A stretch of DNA of 64,000 bases from Synergistota bacterium (lineage in GTDB: Bacteria > Synergistota > Synergistia > Synergistales > 79-D21): positions 2,664 to 66,663 of the forward strand of contig JALHIN010000014.1 of NCBI GenBank assembly GCA_022839995.1, written 5' to 3'. Below are positions 63,038 to 64,000 of the stretch, in pieces (position 1 is the stretch's first letter; every line of letters begins with the position of its first letter). Under the pieces are notes generated by a model. The model saw only the letters and a list, made by a program, of their open reading frames with translations, searched no databases and was not told the origin of the DNA. The position numbers and the translations under genes are program-made.

Positions 63038-63269
63038 TTTGCCGTGTCCCTGAAAGAGCCCGGATTTCTTCCCAAAGGGCCTCGATCTCTGTGGCTTCTT
63101 CCGGCTGGAGCTTTTCGATCGCAAAGCCTGCATGCACCAGCACGCGATCTCCGGGACGAGCCCCTTCCAGCAGGTCGGTCCGGATTTCCACCTCGATGGT
63201 TCCAGCCCGGCCGATGGCGGTGCAGGGGCCTGTGATCTCGACAAGGACATGCGGTACGGCAAGGCACAT
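63030..63269 (-). CDS. hypC: hydrogenase maturation chaperone HypC
   Basis: Begins MCLAVPHVLVEI (the essential N-terminal Cys2 motif MCLxxP). GGGAGGG lies 6 nt upstream. The product is 79 aa. Confidence 0.9.
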   Translation of the reverse strand: MCLAVPHVLVEITGPCTAIGRAGTIEVEIRTDLLEGARPGDRVLVHAGFAIEKLQPEEATEIEALWEEIRALSGTRQNG

Positions 63270-63394
63270 TTTGTTTCCCTCCCTAAGGCTACTGAGGAAC
63301 ATAATCATCCTTCGAGGGGGGGTTCCTGTCAATGCCGACGGGTTCACGATATAATCCGCTGGAAGGTTCCGGAAACCGAGAAAGGGGAAAGAAG

Positions 63395-64000
63395 ATGGAG
63401 GTTTTGCCGGTCGCTCTCGTCCAGGCGGCGATTTCCCGGAAAAGCCCGGCAGCCAATCTCGAGGCTCTTGTCGAAGAGACAGACCGGGCTGCGAAAAACG
63501 GTGCAAAGGTGGCAGTTCTACCCGAGTTGTGGAACCAGACCTTCCTTCTCCGGGAAAGGGAAGATCCCGCTCGGAAAGAAGGACTGATCCTCTCGGAATT
63601 CACTCGACTGGCAAAGCGGCACGAAATGGCGATCGTCGCGGGAAGCGTGGCGATGCGTTGCAGGGAGGGCCTGCTGAACCGTTGCCACGTGATCGGCCCG
63701 AAGGGGAACGTCATCCTGAGGTACGACAAGATCCACGTCTTCCCTTCTTTTTTCGAGGGGGAGGGGTTCAAGGCGGGGACAACGCTGGGAATTTGCGATC
63801 TTTTCGGTTGGAAAACAGGGGTCCTGGTCTGCTTCGACGTCGAGTTCCCGGAATTGTGCCGTTACCTGGCTGAAAAGGGGGTTCGGCTTCTCGTTGTAGT
63901 AGGAGCCTGGCCCGCGGAACACATCCGCATCTGGAAAACCCTGAACGCCGCTCGTTCGATGGAAAACCAGCTTTTTACCGTGGGAGTCAACCGATGCGAC
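63395..64000 (+). CDS. carbon-nitrogen hydrolase (nitrilase superfamily) protein, N-terminal 202 codons (3' end outside window)
   Basis: Not in the ORF track because it runs off the window. I translated MEVLPVALVQAA...VAVLPELW (catalytic Glu)...YDKIHVF (Lys)...VLVCFDVEFPE (Cys) by hand. Confidence 0.8.
   Translation, partial: MEVLPVALVQAAISRKSPAANLEALVEETDRAAKNGAKVAVLPELWNQTFLLREREDPARKEGLILSEFTRLAKRHEMAIVAGSVAMRCREGLLNRCHVIGPKGNVILRYDKIHVFPSFFEGEGFKAGTTLGICDLFGWKTGVLVCFDVEFPELCRYLAEKGVRLLVVVGAWPAEHIRIWKTLNAARSMENQLFTVGVNRCD

Noticed and set aside
1-64000. Search for CRISPR arrays, IS or transposase genes, integrases, tRNA/rRNA genes, toxin-antitoxin pairs and phage-defence-like gene clusters.
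   Set aside because: I found none. No intergenic region exceeds ~180 bp, I saw no spaced repeat arrays, and every ORF larger than 100 aa outside the shadow frames has a housekeeping or plausible metabolic assignment. The exceptions are three exported or membrane hypotheticals, which are listed separately.

Overview
This is a 64-kb stretch of a visibly GC-rich bacterial chromosome. It consists almost entirely of tightly packed, conserved housekeeping genes, mostly on the + strand, with many ATGA/GTGA start-stop overlaps. Gene order is Firmicutes-like: hrcA-grpE-dnaJ-prmA-rsmE-mtaB, HIT-rpsU-yqeY, rpsF-ssb-rpsR-yybS-rplI-dnaB, yggS-sepF-divIVA and rny-ymdB-spoVS. Gene content points to a strict anaerobe or amino-acid fermenter: 2-oxoacid:ferredoxin oxidoreductase, class III and class II ribonucleotide reductases, an iron-sulfur flavoprotein, HypCDE, type III glutamine synthetase, a tryptophanase-family lyase, a Liv-type ABC transporter and CstA. 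I found no rRNA or tRNA genes, CRISPR arrays, IS elements, prophage, or recognisable defence or toxin modules, and no convincing novel multi-gene system. The strongest signal is a recoding event. A Bcp-type peroxiredoxin (4231-4731) has an in-frame TGA exactly at its peroxidatic Cys codon, followed by SECIS-like hairpins. This predicts a selenoprotein that ORF callers truncate. It sits in a compact oxidative-stress cluster with an AhpE-like peroxiredoxin and an exported SOR-like protein that has a variant metal site. Lesser points are a CIRCE-controlled hrcA-grpE-dnaJ operon without dnaK, NrdR with two O2-independent RNRs, and an uncharacterised 616-aa exported protein wedged between secA and argS. 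Several very stable GGAGG/CCTCC-rich hairpins also sit at operon ends. The many very long antisense ORFs are codon-bias shadows, not genes. All start codons were chosen by eye from RBS spacing and are less certain than the stops.
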